Source: Gemmatimonadales bacterium (lineage in GTDB: Bacteria; Gemmatimonadota; Gemmatimonadetes; Gemmatimonadales; GWC2-71-9). Taken from it: a DNA stretch of 64,000 nt. Location of the stretch: the NCBI GenBank assembly GCA_037189525.1, contig JBBCJC010000002.1, positions 288,001 through 352,000 on the forward strand, written 5' to 3'. This document shows positions 1 through 10,444 of this stretch, one piece after another. The notes below the pieces were generated by a model, which saw only the letters and a program-made list of their open reading frames with translations, made no database searches and had not been told where the DNA came from. The stretch's first letter is position 1. Every line of letters begins with the position of its first letter. Both the position numbers and the translations under genes were made by a program.

Positions 1-1733
1 GCGGCAGCGTAGTCCAGACGGCTGTTCATATCGGCCAGTCGGGCGCGATAGGTCAGCGAACTGGTGGGCGCAAAGCGCATCGCCCGAGCCAGCGCATCCC
101 GAATCTTGGCCGAATCCTCTCCCTGCACCTCCAGCGGGTACAGCGCCAGGATCCGGAACGCCAGCGCGGCCCAGGCCTCGCCGAACGTACTGTCTCGGGC
201 CACCGCCTGGCGGTAGTACTCGATCGATCGCTGAATACTCGACCAATCGTTCCCGATGATGGCGCCCCCCTTGAGGTACAGGTCGTACGCCGCTAGATCC
301 GCAGTCGGCTGCACGACCAGCTCTCTCTGCTCGGCCGTACTCAAGGCCAGGTGCAGCGCCTCGGCCACCCGCCCCGCGATCTCGCCCTGGACCTGGAAGA
401 CATCCGTGAGCGGCGCGTCGAAGGGCTGCTGCCAGCGGCTCCGATCCCGGCCGTCGGCAATCTCGATCAGCTCGGGATTGACCTGGACACGACTGCTGCC
501 GTCCGGCTGGCGTGCCCACCTGACGGTACCGGTGAGGAGAAAATCGACGTCGAGCTCCTCGGCAATCTGTTTGGGTGACAGGACAACCGCCTGGTACTGC
601 GAGCTGGCCCTGGCAATCACTTCCAGCCCGACGAATCCGATCAGCTTGCCGCGGATCGCATCCGACACACCCTCGGCAAAGTAGGCATCGGACGGCTCGC
701 CCTGATTCTCGAAGGGAAGCACGGCAATCCGCAGGCTCCGCTCCGCTGCCGGCGTCGGCGCCCCGCCGCCGCGCAGACCACGTACGAACACCGCGCCGAG
801 CGCCAGCACGGCCACGAACCCCGCGCCGACGGCAAACCGGAACATCCGCTTGCTGCGCAATGATGCTCCGGACGCCCGGACTGTCGCGCCGGGCGCCTCC
901 ACCGCACCCTGGAGGGCGCGGGCCAGCTCGCCCGTCGTGGCAAACCGGTCGGCCGGAACCGGGGCCAGCCCCCGCTCGATCAGCGCCTCGAGCGCCGGTG
1001 GCACGCTGGGCCGCACCTCGCGGATCCGCGGCGCGTTGCCTTGGAACCGCTTGGCGATGACGGCCTGCGCCGTCGGGCCAGTGAACGGCGGCTCGCCGGC
1101 CAGGAGTTCGTAAAGCACGGCGGTGAGGCTGTACACGTCCGTGCGCGGATCGAGCGCCGCCTCGCCGCTCGCTTGCTCGGGACTCATGTAGGCCGGCGTC
1201 CCGATCGCGAGGCCGGTGCCGGTGACCCGGTCGTCCGCCCCGGTCAGGGCGCGGGCAATCCCGAAGTCCGCGACGAGGGTGTCGCCCTCCGTCGTGAGGA
1301 GGATGTTCTCCGGCTTGATGTCCCGGTGAACTACCCCTTCCCGGTGGGCATGATCCAGCGCCCGGGCCGCCTCGGTCACGATGCGCACCGCGTCGGCCAC
1401 CGGAAGCTGCCGCTCGCGCTCCAGCCGGGCACGGAGCGATTGCCCCTCGATGTAGGGCATCGTGAACCAGAGCAGCCCGCCGGCGTCGCCCGAATCGTGG
1501 ACCGTCAGGATGTGGGGATGCTGCAACCGCGCGGCGAGCCGGATCTCCCGCTGGAACCGCTCGACGCCGAGCGCTTGCGCCAGCTCCGCATGGAGCACCT
1601 TGAGCGCCACGGGTCGCTCGTGCTTGAGGTCGCGGACCAGATAGACCGTGGCCATGCCGCCCCGGCCGAGCTCGCGCTCGATCCGGTAGCGGTCCTGGAG
1701 GGCTTGGACGAGGATTGCCGGGAAATCAGCCAC
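1..1733 (-). CDS. Hanks-type Ser/Thr protein kinase with TM segment and TolB-like/TPR C-terminal region (runs off left edge)
   Basis: Manual translation of the minus strand from GTG 1733: RYRIERELGRGGMATVYL, VALKVL, HRDIKPEN, ADFG, GTPAYMSPEQ, then IAVLPFEN. No stop before position 1, so it is absent from the ORF track. Confidence 0.92.
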   Translation of the reverse strand, partial: MADFPAILVQALQDRYRIERELGRGGMATVYLVRDLKHERPVALKVLHAELAQALGVERFQREIRLAARLQHPHILTVHDSGDAGGLLWFTMPYIEGQSLRARLERERQLPVADAVRIVTEAARALDHAHREGVVHRDIKPENILLTTEGDTLVADFGIARALTGADDRVTGTGLAIGTPAYMSPEQASGEAALDPRTDVYSLTAVLYELLAGEPPFTGPTAQAVIAKRFQGNAPRIREVRPSVPPALEALIERGLAPVPADRFATTGELARALQGAVEAPGATVRASGASLRSKRMFRFAVGAGFVAVLALGAVFVRGLRGGGAPTPAAERSLRIAVLPFENQGEPSDAYFAEGVSDAIRGKLIGFVGLEVIARASSQYQAVVLSPKQIAEELDVDFLLTGTVRWARQPDGSSRVQVNPELIEIADGRDRSRWQQPFDAPLTDVFQVQGEIAGRVAEALHLALSTAEQRELVVQPTADLAAYDLYLKGGAIIGNDWSSIQRSIEYYRQAVARDSTFGEAWAALAFRILALYPLEVQGEDSAKIRDALARAMRFAPTSSLTYRARLADMNSRLDYAA

Positions 1734-1895
1734 GAGCCCAAATATGAGACCGGGACGGATGAGCCGGAAGGGCATGCCCGGACAGCTCGAGCCCTTCCGT
1801 TATCACCGGCACCAAGCCGCTTTACTCCGTCGCCTGTTCGAGGTCAGACGTCATCGGTCCCTTCGAGTCGAACCTTCCGAACAGTTGCCGTCAGA

Positions 1896-2741
1896 CTAGC
1901 CGAGTGCAGCGCGTACGGCCACCGACACCGGGGTCGTCGGGTGACCGATCAGCGCCGAAAGCTGTCGGCTCTCGTCGAAGAGCGCGCCGTTCGCGGTCGC
2001 AACGTCCCACCCCGCAATCACCCCCGCGAAACCCTCCGGCACCCCATGACTCGCCAGCGCCGCAGCATAGTCGGCTGCGGACAGGTTCCGATAGGGAATT
2101 TCTTTGCCCACCTGACGGGAGATCTCTGCCGCCAGATCCGCAAGCGTATAGGCGGTGTCGCCGGCCAGCTCGTAGGTTTTGCCCTCGTGCCCCGCACCCG
2201 TCAGCACGGCTACCGCCGCATCGGCATAGTCGGCCCGTGCCGCGGAGGCAATCTTCCCGTTGCCCGCGCTGCCGATCAGCGCCCCGCCCGCCACCGCGCC
2301 GGCAATCGACCCGGCGTAGTTCTCATGATACCAGCCGTTCCGGAGAATGGTGAACGGAATCCCAGACGCTTTGAGGATCTGCTCGGTCTCCCGATGCTCA
2401 ACCGCCAGGTCGAGTGGTGAGGTGTCGGCATGAAGCAGGCTGGTGTAGACGATCCACCGGACACCCGCCTGCTTCGCAGCCGCGACCACGTTGCGGTGCT
2501 GCGGCAGCCGCTGCCCGAATTCGCTCGACGAGATGAGCAGCAGCGTGTCCACCCCCGCCAGCGCCGCCCCCAGCGTCTCGGTGCGCGCATAATCGGCCGC
2601 GCGGACCGGGACGCCCAGATCGGCCCCCTTCTCCGGCGACCGGGCCAGCGCCACGATATCGGACGCCGGCAGCTTCCCTTTCAGTTTATCGATGACGAGG
2701 CGACCCAGCTGGCCGGTGGCCCCGGTGACGGCGATGGTCAT
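1896..2741 (-). CDS. qorB: NAD(P)H:quinone oxidoreductase 2 (NmrA/SDR-like, YtfG/QorB family)
   Basis: N-terminal IAVTGATGQLG Rossmann motif, LRNGWYHEN; divergent from an HxlR regulator as in ytfG/ytfH. Confidence 0.88.
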   Translation of the reverse strand: MTIAVTGATGQLGRLVIDKLKGKLPASDIVALARSPEKGADLGVPVRAADYARTETLGAALAGVDTLLLISSSEFGQRLPQHRNVVAAAKQAGVRWIVYTSLLHADTSPLDLAVEHRETEQILKASGIPFTILRNGWYHENYAGSIAGAVAGGALIGSAGNGKIASAARADYADAAVAVLTGAGHEGKTYELAGDTAYTLADLAAEISRQVGKEIPYRNLSAADYAAALASHGVPEGFAGVIAGWDVATANGALFDESRQLSALIGHPTTPVSVAVRAALG

Positions 2742-2792
2742 GCGTTCCTCCCTGAGTTCACAGTTGACGACACGACCAATGGATAAGAGATT

Positions 2793-2811
2793 TACTTACC
2801 TTTCGTAAGTA
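2793..2811. promoter_or_regulatory. Probable operator of the HxlR-family regulator
   Basis: Perfect 7-5-7 inverted repeat TACTTAC-ctttc-GTAAGTA between the divergent oxidoreductase and regulator genes. Confidence 0.6.
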
Positions 2812-2837
2812 CGCACAAATTTGTTAGTGGTGTCGCC

Positions 2838-3272
2838 ATGTCGCCTCAAACAACCGACGCCGATCCACCCGTCGGCATCTCAATCCGGATGGCCCGCGGC
2901 GATGTCCTGGCCGCCGCCTGCCCCTCCCGAGTCGTACTCCGGCACCTGACCAGTCGTTGGGGCGTCCTGGTACTGATCGCGCTGCAGTCGGGAACCCACC
3001 GATTCAGTGATTTGCGCCGGAAGATCGGCGGCGTCAGTGAGCGGATGCTGGCCCAAACCCTCCAGTTCCTGGAAGCTGACGGCATCATCGACCGCCGAGA
3101 TTATCAGGCCGTGCCGCCACGAGTGGAGTACACCCTCACGCCGCTTGGTGTGGAGGCGGCCGACAAGGTGGCTGCACTAGCCGATTGGATCGAGGTCAAT
3201 TTGCCGCGCATCACCGGATTGCAGGAGACGAATCTGCCAGCTGCCAAGGGTGAAGTAGCGGTCCGCAGCTGA
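2838..3272 (+). CDS. HxlR/YtfH-family winged-helix transcriptional regulator
   Basis: CPSRVVLRHLTSRWG...RFSDLRRKIGGVSERML...PPRVEYTLT, with N-terminal redox Cys. Confidence 0.9.
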   Translation: MSPQTTDADPPVGISIRMARGDVLAAACPSRVVLRHLTSRWGVLVLIALQSGTHRFSDLRRKIGGVSERMLAQTLQFLEADGIIDRRDYQAVPPRVEYTLTPLGVEAADKVAALADWIEVNLPRITGLQETNLPAAKGEVAVRS

Positions 3273-3285
3273 TCCCGACTACCGA

Positions 3286-4464
3286 TTGGCGCAACCGACG
3301 ACCGAGGCGCATATTCCGGCATCTCCGGCTCGGTCATCCCGCGTGGATCCTTCCAGCAGAGCCCCCGCAGCGCCCCGCCCGCCCTACCATGCCGTAGGGT
3401 TGAGCAAGTTCGCGGTGCTCAGCGTCGCCAGCTTCGGATTCTATCTCCTCTACTGGTTCTACCAGCAGTGGCAGCACGAACGCGCCCGAACCGGCGAAGA
3501 CCTCTGGCCGTTCGTCCGCGCGTTCTTCTCGGTCATCTTCGCTTACTCGCTGTTCAGCCGGGTGCGCGACTACGGCGAGTTCGCCCGGGTCACACCGCTG
3601 CGAGGCGCCAGTATCCTGGCGCTCGGCTACTTCACCTTCAGCGTGCTCTGGAACCTGCCGGCCCCGTACTTCCTCGTGGGGACCATCGCCGCCATCATCC
3701 CGCTGCCTGTGCAGGCAGCCATCAACCGGATCAATCACGCCGTCGCACCCGGCGCCGATCCCAATCGCCGCTACTCGGCGTGGAACGGCGCACTCATCAT
3801 GGTGGGGGTGCTCGTGTACAGCCTCCTGATCGTGGGTGTGTTCATGACGCCCGAGGTCACCACCGAACCAACCGTCGTCGTCGCCTCCGACCAGCAGAGC
3901 CAGCTGACTGTCCCCGCCGGCTGGGTCATCGATGCGGACCTGCATGACGACGCCGAAATCGAAGTCGCCGATCTGAAGGGGGGCGCCTTCCTGCTCGTGC
4001 TCACCGAGGCCAAGAGCGACTACGCCGACGACCTCGACTACCGCGATCACAGCCGCCTGACGCTCGAATCGATCCTGGAAGACTCGGATGACGGTGAGCC
4101 TATTGCCGGGCCCGTCGATCTGACCATCAACGGGCGCCGCGCCGTGCAGTACGAGTTCGTGGTGACCTCCGACCGTCTTCGCATCGCCTACCTGCACACC
4201 ACGATCGACGGGACGGAGTCCTTCTATCAGATCGTCGCATGGTCGGTCCGATCGGCCTTTGACGCCAACCGGGAGGCGCTCCAGGAGATCATCCGAAGCT
4301 TCGCGGAAACGGGCAAAGGCTCCCCGGTCCGGGTCCGGTCGTCCGCCCTGCCATGGCGGCCCGAGTCGACGCCAGTTCCATCGCTTATATCAGCGGCATC
4401 CCACACCGCTCTTCATGGCGAGGGCTACAGCGGATCGGTACCCTCGCTCAGCGTCGCGAGGTAG
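3286..4464 (+). CDS. Hypothetical membrane protein (multi-TM N-terminus, PsbP/DcrB-like soluble C-terminal domain)
   Basis: Several hydrophobic helices (FGFYLLYWFYQQW) followed by LTVPAGW and INGRRAVQYEF. Start uncertain; the tail overlaps the Fic gene by 40 bp. Confidence 0.6.
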   Translation: MAQPTTEAHIPASPARSSRVDPSSRAPAAPRPPYHAVGLSKFAVLSVASFGFYLLYWFYQQWQHERARTGEDLWPFVRAFFSVIFAYSLFSRVRDYGEFARVTPLRGASILALGYFTFSVLWNLPAPYFLVGTIAAIIPLPVQAAINRINHAVAPGADPNRRYSAWNGALIMVGVLVYSLLIVGVFMTPEVTTEPTVVVASDQQSQLTVPAGWVIDADLHDDAEIEVADLKGGAFLLVLTEAKSDYADDLDYRDHSRLTLESILEDSDDGEPIAGPVDLTINGRRAVQYEFVVTSDRLRIAYLHTTIDGTESFYQIVAWSVRSAFDANREALQEIIRSFAETGKGSPVRVRSSALPWRPESTPVPSLISAASHTALHGEGYSGSVPSLSVAR

Positions 4465-5588
4465 CGATCGTAGACAAAAAGCCGGTTCCGCCGTTGACCG
4501 GTGCGCTCGCGCGCAATACCCAACTCTTCCAGCAGTTTCATCGCCGAAGCAACGGCCGGGAATGAAAGTCCGGTTGCTACGCTTACTCCCGACAGTGTAC
4601 CGATTGGACGTGCTTTGAGTGCGTCATGCACCCGGAGCGCGGAATTCGCCCGCCGACCCTGTTGTTCGACCCGCTCGCGATCATCACGGAACATGCTATC
4701 CAAGCGCTGTGCCGTTTCAACCGCACTCTCCGCGGTGACCCGAACACCCTCCAGGAAGAAGGTGAGCCAAGCCTCCCAATCGCCATCCTGACGGACCAGA
4801 TCGAGAAGTCGGTAGTAGTCCGCACGATGTTGCTTGAAGTACAAACTGAGGTACAGCAATGGCTCACGAAGGACGCCTGCATGACAGAGAAGCAACGGGA
4901 TCAGCAACCGGCCCACACGACCATTGCCGTCCAGAAACGGATGGATCGTCTCGAACTGCACATGCACAAGCCCGATTTGCACCAGAACCGGCAGATCCTC
5001 GCCCTCACCGTGCATGAATCGCTCGAGGGCCGCCATAGCCCCCTCGACTTCAGTATGAGGAGGCGGGACAAACACTGCGTTCCCGGGCTGACTCCCGCCG
5101 ATCCAGTTCTGAGAGCGGCGAAACTCACCCGGCAGTTTGCCGCTACCCCGACCGCGCGAGAGAAGCACACCGTGTATCTCACGAATCAGACGATTGGAAA
5201 CCGGGAATCCATCCCGCAAACGCGCCAGCCCGTGATCCAGGGCCGCAACGTAGTTCGAAACCTCGACGACGTCGTCGAGCGGAACCCCTGGCGCCTCGTC
5301 CAACTCATGCAAGAGGAGATCAGACAGCGAGGATTGGGTTCCTTCGATCTGAGAAGAAAGGACCGCTTCTTTACGAACGTAGGTGTAAAGAAAGAGCGAC
5401 TTATTCGGGAGTAAGGTCGATACCCCGTCGAGCCGACCAGTAGCCAGAACGGCCGACTCGAGCGCGCGTTGGAGTTCGGAACCGATAACGAGAGACGGCA
5501 CCGGCGGCAGGGGCGCCGGAATGAACGCCCGATAGGATTCGCCACCGATCGTAGCAGCCTCGTACCGACCCGTTTCACCGCGCTTCAT
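4425..5588 (-). CDS. Fic-domain protein with Fic_N region and C-terminal winged helix
   Basis: Canonical HPFLDGNGRVGR Fic motif and SSQIEGT inhibitory-type motif. Confidence 0.93.
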   Translation of the reverse strand: MKRGETGRYEAATIGGESYRAFIPAPLPPVPSLVIGSELQRALESAVLATGRLDGVSTLLPNKSLFLYTYVRKEAVLSSQIEGTQSSLSDLLLHELDEAPGVPLDDVVEVSNYVAALDHGLARLRDGFPVSNRLIREIHGVLLSRGRGSGKLPGEFRRSQNWIGGSQPGNAVFVPPPHTEVEGAMAALERFMHGEGEDLPVLVQIGLVHVQFETIHPFLDGNGRVGRLLIPLLLCHAGVLREPLLYLSLYFKQHRADYYRLLDLVRQDGDWEAWLTFFLEGVRVTAESAVETAQRLDSMFRDDRERVEQQGRRANSALRVHDALKARPIGTLSGVSVATGLSFPAVASAMKLLEELGIARERTGQRRNRLFVYDRYLATLSEGTDPL

Positions 5589-5774
5589 CGTACTCCCTTG
5601 TTAAGTGTTGCTGAATACGGCTCAACACTATTAATACTTAGACATCAAAATATCAATAACACGAACATGAGCGATAGATAAATTATTGATCAAGATATAT
5701 TATTTATATGAGATATATTATATATACACGTACGATACATATCCTTTCTGCCACGACCGCCTGGTGAAATTCGC

Positions 5775-6734
5775 ATGAACGAGCCAACGGAACTTCACTT
5801 TGCCGATGACCTCCGCCAGTCGACCATCGACTTCCTCTGGCGTCAGTGGCACACCGTCGGCGCCACCACGACCGGGGGCGCGCCGACTCGAGCCATCATC
5901 GACCCCGAAGCCCTGATCCTGATGTCACTCTGGATGATGGAGTACGAACGCCGCCTGGCGGACCTCGTTACCTCCTGGGTCCATCACAACTCGGCACTCA
6001 TCAGCATCCAGCGCCTCGGCAACCTGCGCAGCGAGCTGCCTCCGATCGTCGCGCGCCGGCTGGCCGGGCTGGCTGCCCAGCGAACCGACGAGGCCAAGGA
6101 CATCCGATGGCGTTCGCTGCGCATGGACGACGCCGAAGACCTCGGCCCGCGCGGCAACAAAATCCGCGCCGTCACGCCTCGCCTGACCTCGTGGGCGACC
6201 TTGATGATTCAGCTCCGGATGGGAATGGGCGTCGGTGCCAAAGCCGACGTCCTCACCTTCGTGCTCGGCCTCAACCTCCATCCACTCGAGTGGGCCAGCG
6301 TAGCCACGATCGCCGATGCCGTGGGCTATACGCCCGCTGCCGTTCGGCGCGTTGCCGACGACCTGGCCGGTGCCCGATTCATCCGCGCACTGGAAACCGC
6401 CAATTCAGATCAGGGAACCCGAATGTTCAGCGGCACTCCCGCCACCTGGGCAGGTACCCTCGGTATCAGCCACGTCACACCGGGGTGGGGCTACTGGCGG
6501 GAACGCTACCGGTTCATCATCGACGTGCTTTCCTGGCACGATCGGGAGCGCAATGACCCAACCACCGCCTACGCCAGGGATGTCGCGGCTCGTGAGATCC
6601 TCCTGCGCCATCGGACGGCACTACGGAAGGACTGGATCACCGAACCCCTCGACGCACAGGGTGCCGAACTGAATCTCCAGTATCTGGAGTCTGCCTCGAG
6701 AGCGCTCGTCGTCTTCTGGAAGAATCAGGGCTAA
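5775..6734 (+). CDS. Hypothetical protein with central HTH-like segment
   Basis: Long ORF with GC-type codon usage; ASVATIADAVGYTPAAVRRVADDL resembles an HTH. Confidence 0.6.
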   Translation: MNEPTELHFADDLRQSTIDFLWRQWHTVGATTTGGAPTRAIIDPEALILMSLWMMEYERRLADLVTSWVHHNSALISIQRLGNLRSELPPIVARRLAGLAAQRTDEAKDIRWRSLRMDDAEDLGPRGNKIRAVTPRLTSWATLMIQLRMGMGVGAKADVLTFVLGLNLHPLEWASVATIADAVGYTPAAVRRVADDLAGARFIRALETANSDQGTRMFSGTPATWAGTLGISHVTPGWGYWRERYRFIIDVLSWHDRERNDPTTAYARDVAAREILLRHRTALRKDWITEPLDAQGAELNLQYLESASRALVVFWKNQG

Positions 6735-6765
6735 GGGGTCATCGATCTGAGCCGAGGCACGCCAG

Positions 6766-6794
6766 AGCAAGTCGTTTGCTTACAACGACTTGCT
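6766..6794. repeat. 11-bp inverted repeat (REP-like palindrome or terminator)
   Basis: AGCAAGTCGTT-tgcttac-AACGACTTGCT, just downstream of the 5775-6734 ORF. Confidence 0.55.
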
Positions 6795-6984
6795 GTGGTG
6801 AGACTCGCCTCGGAACCCTCGATCATTTCAATCCGGTCGATAGCACCCCGGGCGGCACCACCGCCCAACTTTGCCAGAGTTTTACTGGTTCACGCCTCAG
6901 CTGGTAAAAACACCCACCGGCCGGAGATGGCCGGAATGCCCGATGGCGTTACACTTCGCGAGCCCCCATGCGGAGGATCCGACC

Positions 6985-7650
6985 GTGACCGGCCCCACGC
7001 CCTTTACTCGCGTCAAACGCCTCCCCGACCGCGGCCACTATGACCGCGCCTCGCTCGACGCCATTCTCGATGCCGGGTTCATCTGCCACGTGGGCTACCT
7101 GGTCGACGGCCGCCCCGTCGTCACCCCCACCTCCTACTGGCGCGACGGCAACCACGTCTACTTCCACGGTTCTTCCGCGAGCCGCATGCTGCGCACACTG
7201 GGCGCCGGCGCCCTCGAGTGTTGCCTCACCGTCACCCATACCGACGGACTGGTACTGGCACGCTCGGCCTTCCACCATTCGATCAACTACCGCTCCGCCA
7301 TGCTGTTCGGCACCGCCCGCCGGGTCGATGACGATGCGGAGCTGGCCCATGCTCTCGAACGCTTCGTCGAACACTTGATTCCCGGTCGCTGGGCCACCCT
7401 CCGACCGATGACGGCGCAGGAACAGAAAGCCACCACCGTGCTCCGCCTCGAGATCGATGAGGCATCGGCCAAGATCCGCATCGGCCCGCCCAAGGACGAC
7501 GAGGAGGACTACGCTCTACCGATCTGGGCCGGGGTCATCCCCCTCGCCGTCACGGCGGGGACCCCGCTGTCCGACCCCCGGCTCGATCCCGGAGTCGAGG
7601 CGCCGGACCATGTGACTCGCTGGACCGTGCCCGGCCCGGCACCGGCCTGA
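6985..7650 (+). CDS. Pyridoxamine 5'-phosphate oxidase-like flavin-binding protein (NimA-related)
   Basis: RGHYDR..ICHVG..YFHGS..LVLARSAFHHSINYRSAM..WAGVIP; GGAGG RBS before GTG 6985. Confidence 0.88.
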   Translation: MTGPTPFTRVKRLPDRGHYDRASLDAILDAGFICHVGYLVDGRPVVTPTSYWRDGNHVYFHGSSASRMLRTLGAGALECCLTVTHTDGLVLARSAFHHSINYRSAMLFGTARRVDDDAELAHALERFVEHLIPGRWATLRPMTAQEQKATTVLRLEIDEASAKIRIGPPKDDEEDYALPIWAGVIPLAVTAGTPLSDPRLDPGVEAPDHVTRWTVPGPAPA

Positions 7651-7703
7651 TTGGACATCCCCACCAACCAGGCCGGCCTCGGTCCTTCGTTCACAACATC
7701 CCG

Positions 7704-9605
7704 CTAAAACGTCCCGCGCTGATCGGCCGACACGATCCGACCATCCGGCTGGCAGAGATTGGCACCGGTGTAGTTGGAACCGTTACCCTGCGCAGCCCAC
7801 GACCCCGTCGCCGAGGTCGGTGGTGCCCAGCTGTCGTTCCAGCCGGCCACGCCGCTGAAGTCCGGCATCGCCATCGTGGCCGACGTGCCGCCGACCCACC
7901 CAGCCGTCGCGGACATGACCACCGTCCGGATCGGACTGGTCGAGGAATACAGGAACGAGGTGCCGCTGGTAAACACATCCGGCAACTGATAGACCCCCTG
8001 AAGCCGTTTGTAGGCACCCGGCAGCGTCGTGATTACCGGCACGCCTAACGGCGGCGGCAAGGTCATGGTCCGGTTGGCCAGCGCCCCGAAGTTTTCCTGC
8101 ACCAGACGCGCAGCCGTTGCCAGCGGACTCCCCGTTACCGCAGTGATGCTCAGCTGGTGACTGTCCGCCGACCGCTGGACCGCGGCCGGGATACCATCGA
8201 CCTGGACTGGACTGGTGGCCTGGCCGAGCGGTGCGATCTGATAGAGGCTCGCATAAGTACAGGCCGGCCCGGTCCGATACGACATGGTGAGCGCGAGGGA
8301 CTCGCCCGCCGCAAAGTTCGGTACCGTAAAGCTCGCCGTCCCGGCGGCAAACGACTCAGTCGCGCCGAAGTCGATCACCGGAATAGTCGATGCATTGGCC
8401 ACGTCCAGATCGCGCCGGATCACCCCGCGACTCGGATTGGGCGACACGGCCAGATTGCTCTTCCGGAACGCCACCAGGTCGAACGTCCCGTTGAGAATCC
8501 CGACGATCGAGAAGACCTGATTCGACGAACGTGAGACCGTCGCGCCACCCAGGGACATATGGGCCACGTCGCCGGTCGAGAGGCCGGTCACGCTGCCGTT
8601 GATGAACTTCGACCCACTGGGCACCGTGGCGCAGTAGTCTTGCGGAGCAGCCGTCATTTCCGCGCGGGTCATCCGGATGATCGATACCATGGCCTGCGTA
8701 CCCGACGCCGTCGCGAACGCGAAGGCGCCGCGCGCGGAACTGACGCTGAAGTTGTAGGCCCCCTGCGCGGTTCCGGTCACCTGGGTCCAGGCTCCGTCTC
8801 CATCCTGATAGGCCGCCCAGACCGGACTGAGGCAGCCGATCACGAACGACGCGCCGGTACCGCCGCCAGCTGCGGTCACCGTGAGCTGGATCGGCACGGT
8901 GCGCTCGGGCTGGCCCTCGGCGGTGCCGCGTACGGTCAAGGTGCTCGTCCCGATCGCTGCGCCGGCGCTCGCGTTGATCGTGAGCGTCGACGTGGTGCCG
9001 GTGGTGCTGGTGGGGTTGAGCGTGGCGGTCACCCCGGACGGCGCGCCCTGCACGGCAAGCGTAACGTTTCCGGTAAAACTGCCCAGCCGCCCGACCGCGA
9101 TCGCCACGGTGCTGCCGGCCCCGCGCGCCAGCGTCAGCGTATTGGGGTTGGCAGTCAGGCCGAAGCTGCCGCCGGCGGCCACCGTCAGGGAAAACGTCGC
9201 CGTGGCATCGGACACACCCGAACCGCTGGCCCGCACCGTCAGCGGATAGGTCCCGCCGGGCGTGGCCACCGAGGTCTGCACCGTCACGGTCGCCGTGGTG
9301 GTGTTCCCGCTGGTCTGGACGTTGGCGACGGAACCGGTCACCCCTGCCGGGGCGCCGACCACCGTGAAGGTCACGGTCCCGTTATACCCGCCGCGACGAG
9401 TCAGGGTGGCGGTCACCGGGACCAGGCCGCCGGGCGCGACCGTCGCCCCCGACATGCTGAGCGCCACGGAAATCGACGGGGGGTCGGGATCCGGGTCCGG
9501 ATCGGGATCAGGACCGGACCCGCCCGAGCTGCACCCGCCTGCCAGCACTGCCACCAGAGAAACGACTGCAAGACTGCCGTGAACCTGCCGGATCGACCGC
9601 CACAT
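7704..9605 (-). CDS. Secreted lipoprotein with Pro-Asp linker and tandem Ig-like domains
   Basis: Lipobox-like LAGGC, (PD)n linker, two repeated Thr/Val-rich beta-sandwich units (G.VT..V.GAP.GVT...TLTVR). Confidence 0.75.
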   Translation of the reverse strand: MWRSIRQVHGSLAVVSLVAVLAGGCSSGGSGPDPDPDPDPDPPSISVALSMSGATVAPGGLVPVTATLTRRGGYNGTVTFTVVGAPAGVTGSVANVQTSGNTTTATVTVQTSVATPGGTYPLTVRASGSGVSDATATFSLTVAAGGSFGLTANPNTLTLARGAGSTVAIAVGRLGSFTGNVTLAVQGAPSGVTATLNPTSTTGTTSTLTINASAGAAIGTSTLTVRGTAEGQPERTVPIQLTVTAAGGGTGASFVIGCLSPVWAAYQDGDGAWTQVTGTAQGAYNFSVSSARGAFAFATASGTQAMVSIIRMTRAEMTAAPQDYCATVPSGSKFINGSVTGLSTGDVAHMSLGGATVSRSSNQVFSIVGILNGTFDLVAFRKSNLAVSPNPSRGVIRRDLDVANASTIPVIDFGATESFAAGTASFTVPNFAAGESLALTMSYRTGPACTYASLYQIAPLGQATSPVQVDGIPAAVQRSADSHQLSITAVTGSPLATAARLVQENFGALANRTMTLPPPLGVPVITTLPGAYKRLQGVYQLPDVFTSGTSFLYSSTSPIRTVVMSATAGWVGGTSATMAMPDFSGVAGWNDSWAPPTSATGSWAAQGNGSNYTGANLCQPDGRIVSADQRGTF

Positions 9606-9772
9606 GAGGGCTCCAGGACGCAAGGGTGCCTGACAACGGGACATTGCCTGGCACATTGCGTAGTCTGCCCCCGCGGACCGTCACGGCCCGATCGGACAGA
9701 CTCGCCGGGCGTATCGTATATTGCGCATCCGGATTCTTTACTCTCGTCTCCCCAACCGCGAGGTCTTTCGCG

Positions 9773-10411
9773 ATGACCGCTCCAAACTCCCTGACCCACG
9801 ACCTCGCTGCCCAGCTCCAGGGCGCGCCGCTTCAGCAGATCGCCCAACAGCTCGGGATCGGACAATCAGAGGCCAACGCCGCCGTTGGCGCCGCCCTGCC
9901 CCTCCTGCTCGGCGCCCTCGGCCGGAATGCCAGCGAACCCCAGGGGGCTCAGGCCCTCCTCGGCGCCCTCGAAAAGGATCACGCCGGCGGCGGCGACCTG
10001 ACCAATCTGCTCGGCAGCATCCTGGGCGGCGCCCAGACCCGGCAGACCAACGGCGCCGGCATCCTGGGCCACATCTTCGGCGCCCGCCAGGACCGCGCCG
10101 AGGCCGGACTCAGCCAGGCTGCCGGCTTGAGCAGCGACAAGTCGGGTCAGTTGCTCCGCATGCTCGCCCCGATCGTGCTCGGCTTCCTGGCCAAGCAGAT
10201 GCTTCAGGGCAAGAACAACGCGGCGCAAGCCGCTCCCAGCGCCGACATCCTGGGCTCCATGCTGGGCCGAGAACAGCAGCAGGTCCGCCAGCAGGGCGGG
10301 ATCGGTGGCGGTCTGCTCGCCGCCGTGCTCGACCAGGACGGTGACGGCCAGCTCGGCATCGGCGACATCATGAAACTGGGTGGCAACCTTTTCGGCGGCA
10401 GCCGGAGCTAG
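9773..10411 (+). CDS. DUF937-family protein
   Basis: LQQIAQQLG..ALPLLLGALGRNA..GILGHIFG..LAPIVLGFL, and C-terminal LDQDGDG. Confidence 0.85.
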   Translation: MTAPNSLTHDLAAQLQGAPLQQIAQQLGIGQSEANAAVGAALPLLLGALGRNASEPQGAQALLGALEKDHAGGGDLTNLLGSILGGAQTRQTNGAGILGHIFGARQDRAEAGLSQAAGLSSDKSGQLLRMLAPIVLGFLAKQMLQGKNNAAQAAPSADILGSMLGREQQQVRQQGGIGGGLLAAVLDQDGDGQLGIGDIMKLGGNLFGGSRS

Positions 10412-10444
10412 CCCACCGTCCGGGCTGCACCGAAGGCCGGGGAG

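Noticed and set aside
1041..2420. 459-aa plus-strand ORF
   Set aside because: Antisense shadow of the kinase and oxidoreductase genes, which carry clear motifs on the minus strand.
9478..9522. Short tandem repeat
   Set aside because: Encodes the Pro-Asp linker of the lipoprotein; not a CRISPR or independent repeat.
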